64,000 nt of DNA, taken from Cenococcum geophilum. Taxonomy: Eukaryota. Numbering within the stretch: position 1 is the stretch's first letter; every line of letters begins with the position of its first letter. The DNA lies in assembly GCA_050273025.1 (NCBI GenBank), contig CP158635.1, positions 23,560,001-23,624,000 on the forward strand, in the 5' to 3' direction. Positions 50,001-61,527 of this stretch are shown in pieces. The position numbers were made by a program, and so were the translations under genes. The notes beneath the pieces were generated by a model. That model searched no databases and had not been told where the DNA came from. It worked only from the letters and a program-made list of their open reading frames with translations.

Positions 50001-53000
50001 ATAACGTTAAAGGATCTAGAGGAATATTTAGAGGACTAGAGAAGTGAGAGACATATCTTAGTACCTATAAATAAAGTTATAACGTTTAGATCAGTATAAT
50101 AAAGGTTTAAACTTAGGAATAAAGACAAGCCAAGAGTTAACCTAAAGCACCTAGTACACTATACGTTATTATAAATTGCGTGCGTAAATAATATATACAA
50201 AATGCATAAAAATCCAAAGGAAAAGAATCGGAAATACCCTATAAGGATGTACTGGATAACGGACAAGCAATAGTATAGAAATACCAAATATATATATAGA
50301 TGGCATCTAGCAAAGGTCTAAAAGGAAGGAAGTTTAGTACTTTAACTAGGAAGATTCCTTATGGAAGAATGCTTAGACGGACGATAGTGGTGGGAATGCC
50401 TAGAAAACATGTGTCTATAGTATATTAAAGATAAAAAGTGAACTAGGTATTGGCTAAAGAGCAAGCTAAGTGTACTAGGATTAAGCAGCTAATAGTTAGG
50501 AAAAGTAGAGGCCTACGGGACTAAAGGGAGCTAGTAGTAGAGCCTTAGACCCTTAAAGGAATTTAAGGATAATACCTAAATTTATAAGTTAATTGGTAAG
50601 ATTAGCAATTTAAAGCGCTAATAGATAGTAGAGTAACGCAAAACCATATCTTACTAGCAGTAGTTAAGAGAATGGGACTACCTTATAGACAAAAGGAGTA
50701 ACCTTACCTATTAGTTACGATTTTAGGAGATCTAATAACCTATAGAGGAGGGATTATTAATCTTAAAATAGGACCTATTTAGATAACTATTAAAGGGAGA
50801 TAAATTAAGATGTCTTTTAATATCCTATTATTAGGACGGGATAAGGCAGTATTAGGTATGCCTTAGTTATAGGAATACAATCTAAGGATTAATTGGATTA
50901 CAGGTCAGGTTAATATTAGAGATACTTAACGCCGTAAAATGTGATAATAAGCTAAGTTAGTATAGTACTAAGTAAGAGCAACCTATAAAGAAACAGAAAA
51001 AGGACTAAGCTATATACTAAAAAGATACTATAAGTATAGTAAGAAACTATAGTCACCGGAAAGTAAGAAGCTGTTAGAATATATAATATAGGACTATAAG
51101 ATAGAGTTGGAACTAAGAATAAGTCCAAAGTTCTTTCCAATCTATAAGCTTACCGAAGAAGAAGGTAGAGCGTTAAAAGAGTTTATCTAGGAAAATCTAT
51201 AAAAGGGATATATTAGACCATTGCAGTTATTAGCGGGTTATCTAGTACTGTTCGTACTAAAGAAAAATAGTAAACTAAGGCTGTGTATTAACTATAGATA
51301 GTTAAACAGTATTACTAGGAAGGATAGGTATCCTTTACCCTTAATTAGCGAAATCTAAGATAGGATAGGTAATGCGCAAATCTTTACAAAGATAGATCTA
51401 AAATGGGCGTACTATTAGATTAGGATTAAGGAAGGCAATAAATAGAAGGCAGCCTTTAGGTTAAAGAAAGGACTGTATAAACCATTAGTTATGCAATTTA
51501 GGCTTATAAACGCACCAGTAACGTTCTAGAAGCGTATTAATAATATATTAGAAGAATACTTGGATAAATTTATTATAGTATATCTTGATAATATTATTAT
51601 CTACTTAATAACTAAGGAAGAATACGGGGAATACGTTAAATAGGTTTTAAAGAGACTATAAGAAGAATAGATGCTAGTAGCAATTAAGAAATGCGAGTTC
51701 TTTACTAAGAAGACTGATTTTATTGGATTTATTATTAAACTAGGCTAACTTAGTATAGATCTAAAGAAGATTAAGGCTATAGTAAATTGGTAGGAACTAG
51801 AGAACGTTATATAGTTAAGATTGTTCCTAGGGTTTTGTAATTACTGTAAAAGGTTTATAGCGCAGTAGTTAAAGGATATTAAGCCACTTACGCGATTAAT
51901 AAAGAAAGGAGAACTATGGGCATAGGGAGAGGAATAGTAGGGACTCTTTAAGAAAATTAAAGAGTTGTTTACCTAGGAGCCAGTTCTTAAGATCTATTAA
52001 CTAGGACTAGAGATGGTTATAGAGACAAATGCATTAGACTATATATTAGGGGCGTGCTTTATATAAAGATATTAAGATAGATGGCACCTAGTAGCATACT
52101 ATAGTCGGAAGATAATACTACTAGAGTTAAACTATAACATCTATAACAAGGAGTTGTTAGGTATAGTTATAGCATTAAAGAAATAGAGAGCATTCTTGCA
52201 AGGTATAGAGAAACTATTTATAGTTAAGACGGATTATAAGAACTTAACAGAATTCCTAATAATAAAGGAACTTAACTAAAGATAGGTTAGATGGGCAGAG
52301 ATACTTACGGAATACCATTTCGAGATTTAGTATACTAAAGGTACAGACAATACGCGGGTAGATGCTCTAAGCCGCAAAGCTAAACTATAAAATAAGGAAA
52401 AGCTATTAGGGGCTTTATTGCGAAAAGATATAGACGGATTAATTAGGTATAATTATCTAAAAATTATAGTAACTTAAGAAGATAATAAACTAGAGAAAGT
52501 CTATAAGACACTAGAAAGCTTTTAGGTATAAAGAATTCTAGAAGTATAGCTAGAAGATTTATAGACGGATATATACGAAAATTAAGAAGTAAAGTATATC
52601 CTAAGAAGTATAGTAGAGTAGTTTATAGAGGACTTTTATAAGGGACTAACCTAAGGATATAATGGAGCTACGGGCTTAGTATTAAGACTCTAGGAGGAGT
52701 ATATTATTAATAGAATCTAGAGGATAGCCAGAAGGGTTATAAAGGAGTATTTAAATTACTAAAGGAATAAACTAATAAGGCATAAGCCGTATAGAGGGCT
52801 ACAACCTATTAAAATACCAGAGAGACTATAGGAGGTTATATTATGGGACTTTATTATTAAGTTGCTAAAATTAAAAGATCCTATTACCGGATAAGATTAT
52901 AACGCGATCTTAGTAATAGTGGATAAGCTTATAAAGTAGGGATACTTTATAGTATGCACAGAAGAAATCTCAGTAGAAGATATCGCTAGAATCTATATTA

Positions 53001-55031
53001 AAGAAGTATTTATAAGACACGGAGTACTAAGTAAGATTATATTGGATAGAGATCTAAGATTCGTAGCAGCATTTTAGAAAGTGTTCTTAGCGGAGTAAGG
53101 AGTTTAAGTAGTAACTTCCACCGCATATTATCTACAGATAGATGGTTAAACGGAAAGATTAAACTAAACACTAGAATAGTATCTAAGGCATTATATTAAT
53201 TATGTATAGAACAATTAGGTATTACTATTACTAGTTATATAGTTCGCATATAATGCAACACCTTAAGAAGGAATAGGTATATTACTATTTAAGGCAAATT
53301 ATGGATATAAGCTAAGAATATTGTTATTACTACGGCAAGTGAAGAAAACGAGTAGTATAGCTAAAGAAAGAATAAAGGATTTAATAAATCTTTATGCAGA
53401 CCTTATAGAATTAGTAAAGAAAGTATAAGAGAGAATAAAAAGGTACTATAATGCTAAGAGATCTAAGGGACTAGATCTTAAGGAGGGAGATAAAGTGTGG
53501 CTACTATATAAAAATTTTAAGAGTTAACAACTAAGTAAGAAATTAGACTACGTTAGACTAGGACCTTTTAAAATTATATAGAGGATTTCACCGGTTACGT
53601 TTAAGTTAAACCTACTAGCTAAAATAAAGATCTACCCTATATAGCATATCGCAATGCTAAAGCCAGTATATAGGAATATTGAGCTACCGGCCTATAAAGC
53701 AGACACATATAGAGGACAAGAAGAAGATAAATAGTAAGTTTTGAAGATTGTTAATTATAAGGACATTAACGACGAAATATAGTATAAGGTTAAGTAGATA
53801 GGCTATACTAAGACTACCTAGGAACTATTAAAGAATTTAAAGAACGCTATAGGAAAGGTATAGGAGTATTGAAAGAGATTAGGTTAGGCAGCATTAATAA
53901 AGAGGGATCGCTAAAGAATGAGTTACCTAAGGGGGACCTAAGAAGAGCAGTTACTAAACTACTTAGATCTATTTCCTTCTCTGTTAAAGGAGAATCCGTT
54001 CTTTTATTACCCAGTTCCTATAAACCTTATTTTATAAGTTTCCACTCCTTAAAACGGACCTTCTTATGAACACGCTAAAGACGTTAAACTTTCGCAAAGG
54101 CAGACTGCTAAGCCTTAAGGGCATAAGCAGATTCTTTGGAACGACGATAGGCTTCCACCAGCGCTGCGGCAAGATTACCCTTAAGTTTTTCTACCTTAAA
54201 TTAAACATAAGACCCTATGACAAATTACTTAGGGAACTTAAAGACTACTAAGAGTTATAGGACGCGCACACTTAGCGTCAGAAATAGAATAAACATCATA
54301 AGACGATTAAATGTTTGCCTTAGTACACTCTAAACAAGAGGAAGGTTGTTAAGACAAAGGACTCGCCAACGCAATACAGACTAACCCCTCTTTTACGCAA
54401 CGAGAACACGGAAATAGCATTATTTCACTAAGAGATAATATCGCGGCAACGGTACGAGACCGGCGAGCTATAGAAGAAAGAGAGGATGCTTTAGGCATTA
54501 TAAGTAATAATATTAACCAAGTTAATTAGACGGATATTATACCTCTAGTAAACAACCTAGAGATGCTAGGTATCTTTAAGGACGAAGATAGAGAGGAGGG
54601 AGATGGTGTTATGGACGCTTTAAGTATAATATTATAACTACTTGGAGAGGAGTTGGAAGAAGCTAGTTAGTTAATATAAGTACGGTCTAGGATAGAACCC
54701 GTAGAACCATATAACGAGGAATAGTAAGTAGAGTCACGTAATGTAATCCGTATAATCTGTGTAATCTATAAGATCTATTATAGAGCGAATAGAGTAGATA
54801 GAGTGGACGGAGCAATGACTTTCCTAGGAGTACGGCTGTGTATTTAAGGACCCTTAGTCCCTACCTAGATAGTTCCTTCCTCGTAGTAATTCTCAGAATA
54901 TAATTAGAGTTAATCTGTTGGGCAACCACTCCACTAGTTGTTATTACGTTGTTGACTTTTATACTTGCATTTCCTACACACCTAGCCCAATAACGAGCCT
55001 ATCGTAGTTCTTGCTACAAGGTTCCGTTATA
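47081..55031 (+). mobile_element. Full-length Ty3/Gypsy chromovirus C (7951 bp), RIPed; LTRs 47081-47505 and 54607-55031
   Basis: Two 425-bp LTRs (TGTTA..TTACA/TTATA); TSD TAAAA at 47076-47080 and 55032-55036; gag knuckle ~48552; protease ALIDS ~50615; RT YLDN at 51581; integrase; chromodomain ~53730-53870; PPT GAGAGGAGGGAGATGG. Confidence 0.95.
53847..54498 (-). pseudogene. Antisense Zn(II)2Cys6 plus coiled-coil accessory gene of element C (RIPed), intron 54269-54215
   Basis: ATG at 54498: MPKASS..PCSRCVKEGLVCIALASPLS*QPSSCLECTKANI*SS(Y=C)DV..SDAKW/..VEKLKGNLAAALVEA..AFAKV*RL*RVHKKV. Internal stops are all TAA/TAG, consistent with RIP. True 3' end uncertain. Confidence 0.78.
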
Positions 55032-58000
55032 TAAAAGAACTAAAAGATAATATACCCTACTTAGACCTATAGGATAACGCTATATAACTTCACCAGCTAT
55101 TTACTAAGCTATAACCTAAGATTTAATAGGCCATATAGAAGAAGGGCGAAATTCCTACCTCTTAAGAAAAGCTTATCTCTAAAGCTACTCGGATTAAGAA
55201 TGCTAAAAGAGACTATTTAGGCAAGCGAAAGGAACGAGACGCTAATGATAAAGAGCGTAGAACTAGACCTAGCTTTAATAATAGGAGTAAATTCCAACCT
55301 AAGTACTCTACAAAAGAATAACGTAAGTAGGCTTTAAAGCCCTAGAGCAACGCTAGTCAGCCCTAAAATAATAATAGGTAAAAACCTAATCTAAATAAGT
55401 AAAACTAAGAGTTACGCGTTTATTATAACTGTGGCAAGAAGGGCTATATAAAGCGCTTCTGTCGGTAAAAGAAATAAGAGTTAGATTAATTAAGAAAAAA
55501 GAGAGCCTAGTAGATCTTTACTCCCTTACACTAGGCTAGTAAGAGAAGGAGGGAGTAAGCTACCGTATAGTTATTCCTGTCTCCATTTAAGTTAATAACA
55601 AATAGGTAACATAAGACTACCTTATAGATAGCGGCGCGACCATAGGGTTCATTTCTTAATTATTAGTAAAAGAATTGGATTTAGACCTTAGCGGCTTATA
55701 GGTACGCACCGTTTAAAGCATTAAAGGTTACTGGATTTCATACTATAGGAAATAGGCTTTTTCTATAGCTAGCTAGGACCGCAATAGTCTATAAAACACG
55801 TAGGAGATACGCTTCTATACCGTAGAAATTAAGGGGTACAACCTTATTTTAGGATACCTATAGCTTCGCCAAGTCAATCCGGACATTAATTAGCCTTTAG
55901 CCTCGTATTAACATCGGAAGTTTTAACCGCGTATTATAGTTAAAAATTAAAAGACTTTCTTAAACTATATGCAAGAAGAAGGGTAGGCATATACTATATA
56001 TACTACCCTTAACACCCAGAACGGGGACACAGGATATTTATTTTTAGATATCCGGCTATACGCAGTTAAGGAACTAGAGATTTTATAGGAATATATAAAC
56101 TTAGAGGATATTTCTAATAAAGAGGCTATATAAACCTTACCTAACTCTATACTAGTTAAGTATAAGATAGACACAGGGGATAAACAACCTCCTTTTAGAC
56201 CACTGTATAACCTATTAGAAAATAAGCTGGCGGTATTACATTAATATATAGTAAACAATCTTTAGAGAGAATAGATTCGGCCCTCTATAAGCCCGGTAGG
56301 GGCACTAATTATATTTATACCTAAGAAGGACAAGACCTTTCGCCTCTATGTCGACTATTAGGCGCTAAATAAGATTACTATAAAGAATTGCTACCTATTA
56401 CCCTTAATAGGGGAGCTTATTAATAGGCTATCGGGCGTAAAAATATTTACAAAATTAGATCTAAAAGATACATACCATTAAATCCGGATTAAAGCCGGCG
56501 ATAAATAGAAAACAGCGTTCTAAATATAGTACGGCTACTTTAAGTACCTAGTAATGCCATTTAGGCTTACTAACGCACCAGCGATATTTTAGGCCTATAT
56601 TAATAAGGCATTATTAGGCCTGTTAGACACGATATATATAGTCTACCTTAATAATATTATAGTTTACTCTAATAACTACGAAGCATATACGCACTACGTA
56701 TAAATAATATTAGAAAGACTATAGGAATACAAGCTCTATATAAACCTAAAAAAGTGCACGTTCTATACTACTAGTATTAATTTTTTAGGCTTTATCGTTA
56801 GCGTTAATAGAATGTTAATAGAGAAAAGTCAGGTGGACGCTATTAGGGAATAGCTCTACCCTACAACATTTAGAGAAGTGCAGGTTTTTTTAGGCACAGC
56901 GAACTTCTACCAAACGTTTATTATTTACTATTTACGAGTAATACTCCTAATTACCGATCTATTAAAAGGATCTAAAAATAGTAAGAAGTTAAGACCCTTT
57001 ATATTTAGGGAAGCTACTAAGCAAGCTATAAACCGGTTAAAGGATTTATTTATGTCGGCGCTTATTCTAATATACTTCTACTAGGAGCTATATATATACC
57101 TTAAAACGGATATATCCGGCTTTGCCCTAAGGGCAATTATATCTTAATTAAAAGACGGAGAATGGTATCCTATAGCGTTTTAGTTAAGGAAAATAACCCC
57201 TATAGAACAGCGTTATATAACGTACAACTAGAAGCTACTCGCGATAGTTATAGTAATAAAGCACTAGCAATATTATTATATAGGAAGCAATTACCCTATT
57301 AAAGTCCTTACAAACTATAATAACCTAAAATACTTTATAACTATAAAGGTGTTAAGTAGTTAATAAGCTAGATAGGCAGAGGCACTATTATAGTATAACT
57401 TTAAAATTACGTACCGCCTAGGAAAGACAAATCCCGCTAATAGGTTATTAAGACGTCTAAATTATAAGATAGAAAGGATCTAGGACAGCATAGGGAAAAT
57501 AATTCCCACATTACAAAATTTACTTAGGAAGAAAGAAGACTCTTTTCCTAAAACTATAGAATTTCGCGGCAGGGCAAAGGTCCCAGCAATACAGCTATAA
57601 AGCGCCATAATTATAGAGCCGTAGGATATAGTTATAGACTAGGTTATAGGCCAAGTAGACATTACAAAGTTAACGTACCCTAGAATTAGCGAGAATTCTA
57701 TAGAATGTGCTAGAGGTATTACAGCACCTTTAACTTAATGGCGCATTAGCTACAAGTTTCCGGATCTAAAGGGGATAAGTAAGATGCCTATCTATAGCAT
57801 AGTATACTACATAACGGTAGGAGAATTTGCTAGCACTAATGGTTTAAAACGTCTTATACTACGCCTAGTATCCGCAATAGCGGCAGGTAAAACGGAAATA
57901 AGTAATTTATATAAAACCTTTCCGGATCTTCTTCTTTAAGTATAATAAAGGGACGCCTTTATTTCTAGGGAGAGGTAGAAAGACGTAGTAGAGACCAACT

Positions 58001-59935
58001 TAGCCGGAGTTACTAAGAAGCTATAGTAGCAAGACTAAAAGGGTCTATTACGTTTTAAGGGTGCTATATATATCCCAAAGGACTAAACAGTTTAAGATAA
58101 AATTCTAAAGGTCTTTTATAACGACCCTTTTAGGGGTCACTACGGTGCCAACAGGACCCTTAAGGCCGTTTAAAGAAAATACTTTTAGGATAGAATATCC
58201 AAAGAGGTCAAGGACTATATATTAAGATATAATACGTACTAAAGGGTACAGATATCTAGATATTACCTATATAGCAAGTTATTAGTACTTCCTATTCCGT
58301 AAGGACCTATATTAGAATTAACAATAGATTTTATAATAGGCTTACCCCCTATTAAAACAAAAACTAAAGAGGTTGCTAACACTATCCTAGTAATCATTAA
58401 TAGATATACAAAGTTCTTAGGGTACTTTACTATTATAATAACAATTATAGTAGTAAAGCTAGTAGACCTATTTTTAGAACAGTAGCTCTCGTTTAGTATA
58501 CCTAGGGGAATTATATCTAATAGAGGTACTATATTTAACAGCGCATTCTAGTCTTTATTCTATCTTTTATTAAAAATATATTAAAGAATAAGCACTACCT
58601 TTTACCTACAAATAGATAGGCTAACGGAGCGTCTAAATACGTTATTAGAACACTACCTCCACTACTATATTAATTATTAACAGGATAATTGGACATTATA
58701 GTTAGCTTTAACGCAACACGTATATAACATAAGCATCTACAGTAGCACAAAAATAACCCCTTATAAAGCATTGTTTAGGGTAAAAGCAAATAACCCCTAA
58801 AACGTTAAGGACATCGTTCCTAAAAAAAAGGCACTAGTAGCGTCTAAAAGAATTAAGCAAATAAAAATTCGTAAAAAAGAACTTAAAAAGCACTTACTAA
58901 ACGCCTAGGCTATACAAAAAAGGTATTATAATAAAAAACATATACTAAAAGAATTTAAGATAGAAGACGAAGTCTTACTATTTATAAAAAATATCTAAAT
59001 AAAACATATTAAGAAGAAGCTGGATTACCAGTAGCTTAAACTCTTTAAAATAGTTAGGAAAACTAAAGGAAATTAAGCCTACAAATTAGAATTACTAAAA
59101 TTATATCCAATATATCCAATATATTATATTTTCTTACTAAAGCTATACCAAAGAAGAGACGGTACGGAGCCACTATTACCTAGCGAAATTAATAGGGAAC
59201 TAGAATAGAATATAGAAGACATTCTAGACTAAAGATAGCGCTAGAAAAAGCGCGAATTTTTAGTTTATTAAAAAGGATACTTTTAGGCGCATAACAGTTG
59301 GGAACCTAAGGAGCACCTTCAGCTGGAATATAATATAGTAATTAAAACCTTCCTAAGGACTAAAGGTAAAGATTTAGTAATAGTTCTAGATACGCCATAA
59401 ACAAAACAATAGGAAAGACCCTATAAATTAAAACTATAAGGTTAAGCACAGGCATTAAGAATAAAAATATTTTGCTATTATAATAGGGATCCTAAAACCC
59501 TATAAGGGGAAGCCTATAGGATCTATAGAAGAACCACTAGGGATACTATTAAAAGAAGACGCTGTTTAAAAATAAGTAGTAGTAATATAAGAAAAGGTCT
59601 TAGGGATTTAGAGGGACCCCTTAGGGATAAAAAAAGAGTATCTAGTCTAACACTAAAGATATATAGTAGAGTTAATAATATAAAGAGGACCAAAAAGACA
59701 CGAAGCAAAGATTTAGAAATTTTAAGAAATTATAAAGCACTATAAGAACACTACCCGTTTATTATATACAGAGATTATAACAGTATACTACTTTTATATA
59801 AACTGTTACTAAAAATAAGAATAGAGGTATCCCTAAAGTATAAAGTTAATTCCTAGTACTAGGGCATTCTAAAGGCACTAAAAAGGCACCCTATAAAGCT
59901 ATCCTATAAGAAGAAAGAAAGAATAAGATAATAAC

Positions 59936-60749
59936 TTAAATACTAAAAGTAGCAATAGGAGCCTTCTCCTCTATCTTAACGTTATTATTAGTAGTATTAT
60001 TAATACTCCTATCCCCAGAAGCATTAGCATTCTTACTAATATTCTTCTTAAAGTAGTAAAAACTAAATAGACTACCACGACTAGGGGACTAGTAGGGAGA
60101 ACATTTATCTTTATTACTATCCTTAGTATTATCCCTAGGCTCTAAATCGGCATCCAGGCTAGGATTAAAAAGTTAATAATTAAAGAGTTAGCATAGTTCC
60201 TAAATATATTACTAAGGAGACTTACCTAGCTAAAAAGGCCCGCGTAAGAGTATAAATATTATTATTTATAAAAACAAGCTGCTTATATATGCGCTCCTAG
60301 ACACTATATATCCGAGATTACTGCGTCTCTATAGTAGTAGAAACCCTCATTAAATTAAAAAGGCTGTAAGTAATAGAAGACACCTTCCGTCTTTATTTAT
60401 TACTATTCTAATATAAATAGAAATCCCTAATAGCGCGTTAAAGCTAGTAAGCCTTATATACATAAACAGTAGGGATCTAATATAGTTAGTAAAGTCCAGA
60501 ATAGGATAGAATGGGAAATACTAGAATATAGGTCTTTTTCTAGCTACAACAGTAAGAACATTTAGATCTATTCTTACTAGAGTATAATATTTTATAGGTA
60601 TAAAACGGGTCTAATATAAACGCGTAAACGTAATAACAGCAGCACTTTAGAGAAACTACTATAGGAGTAATAGAAGTAGTTTGTAATACTAATAGAGTAG
60701 GGATAACGCCGCCGCTAGTCTAGGGATATATAGTACGATTATAAGCCAT
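59936..60749 (-). pseudogene. Antisense Cys6-like accessory gene of element B (RIPed), introns 60521-60477 and 60225-~60180
   Basis: ATG at 60749; KCCCYYVYAFILDPFYTYKILYSSKNRSKCSYCCS*KKTYIL then GTATTT..ACTAAC..TAG and IP; second intron GTAAGT..GCTAAC; N/K-rich tail consistent with a RIPed D/E-rich tail. Confidence 0.62.
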
Positions 60750-61527
60750 TACAAGAAAACACTATAAAAAGTTAGTATTATTAAGAGATAAAATAGGGAT
60801 CCTATTACCTATAAACGCGTCATAAAAAGAGAACGGAGTAGTAGTAAAAAGAATAGCTAGAGATACGGAAGCTAAAAGCTAAAATATAATAAAAAACAGT
60901 CTACTAAAAGGCAAGACAAATAGTGTTATTAATGAAAAGATGTATAAAAGACGACAGCTTATAAACTAAAAGAAATTAACATTAAGACGTTATTATTAGG
61001 ACCTATTTTAGGTAAATAGGGATAGTAGCTAGTTAACGCGTTATACAAAACAACCTCTAAATTAGCTTATAATAAATTCTTATAATAAGGAAGGTAAATC
61101 CTATTTAATTTTTATTATTATTATTAAAGTTCCATTATAAAGGCACCGCGAAGAGCTATAGTAGAAGAAGAGTGGAGGAATAGAAGATAAAGTAAGGTTC
61201 TACGCTAGTAAAGAACTGGCAATAAGCTATATTATAGAGTACCTTTCCACTAAAGAACTTCCCTAGTGGTTTTAGTTAGAACTTTATAAGAGTTTATTAA
61301 GAGGCGAAGTCTTAGAGGATTAAGACCCTTAAAGGGGAGGTAATTATAATAGAATCCCCTAGGAGGTATATATTAGATAAGACAATAGGAGGTTTTATTA
61401 GTGTCCCACTTATATCCTATATATATTTTAGATATATTCTAAAGGAGATATAATTAGGTAGATAGGGGCGAAAGGTTTTACTAATGTTTTAGAAGGTTTA
61501 TATAGGAAGCTAGTTCTCCTCTAGAGA

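Larger units (their letters stand above)
46003..61527 (+). mobile_element. Ty3/Gypsy chromovirus B, RIPed; 5' LTR 46003-46343, gag split by element C, 3' LTR from 61345 split by element D
   Basis: Zinc knuckle ~55421-55463 ((C)YNCGKKG(H)IKRFC); protease LIDSGAT at 55621; RT YLNN(=YLDD) at 56644; RNase H ~57100; integrase ~58100-58800; chromodomain ~59200-59320 (NSWEPKEHL); PPT AAAGGGGAGG 61331-61340. Confidence 0.9.

Noticed and set aside
47984..59708. Short ORF-track hits inside the AT-rich block
   Set aside because: Chance frames or pol fragments between RIP-generated stops; not independent genes.
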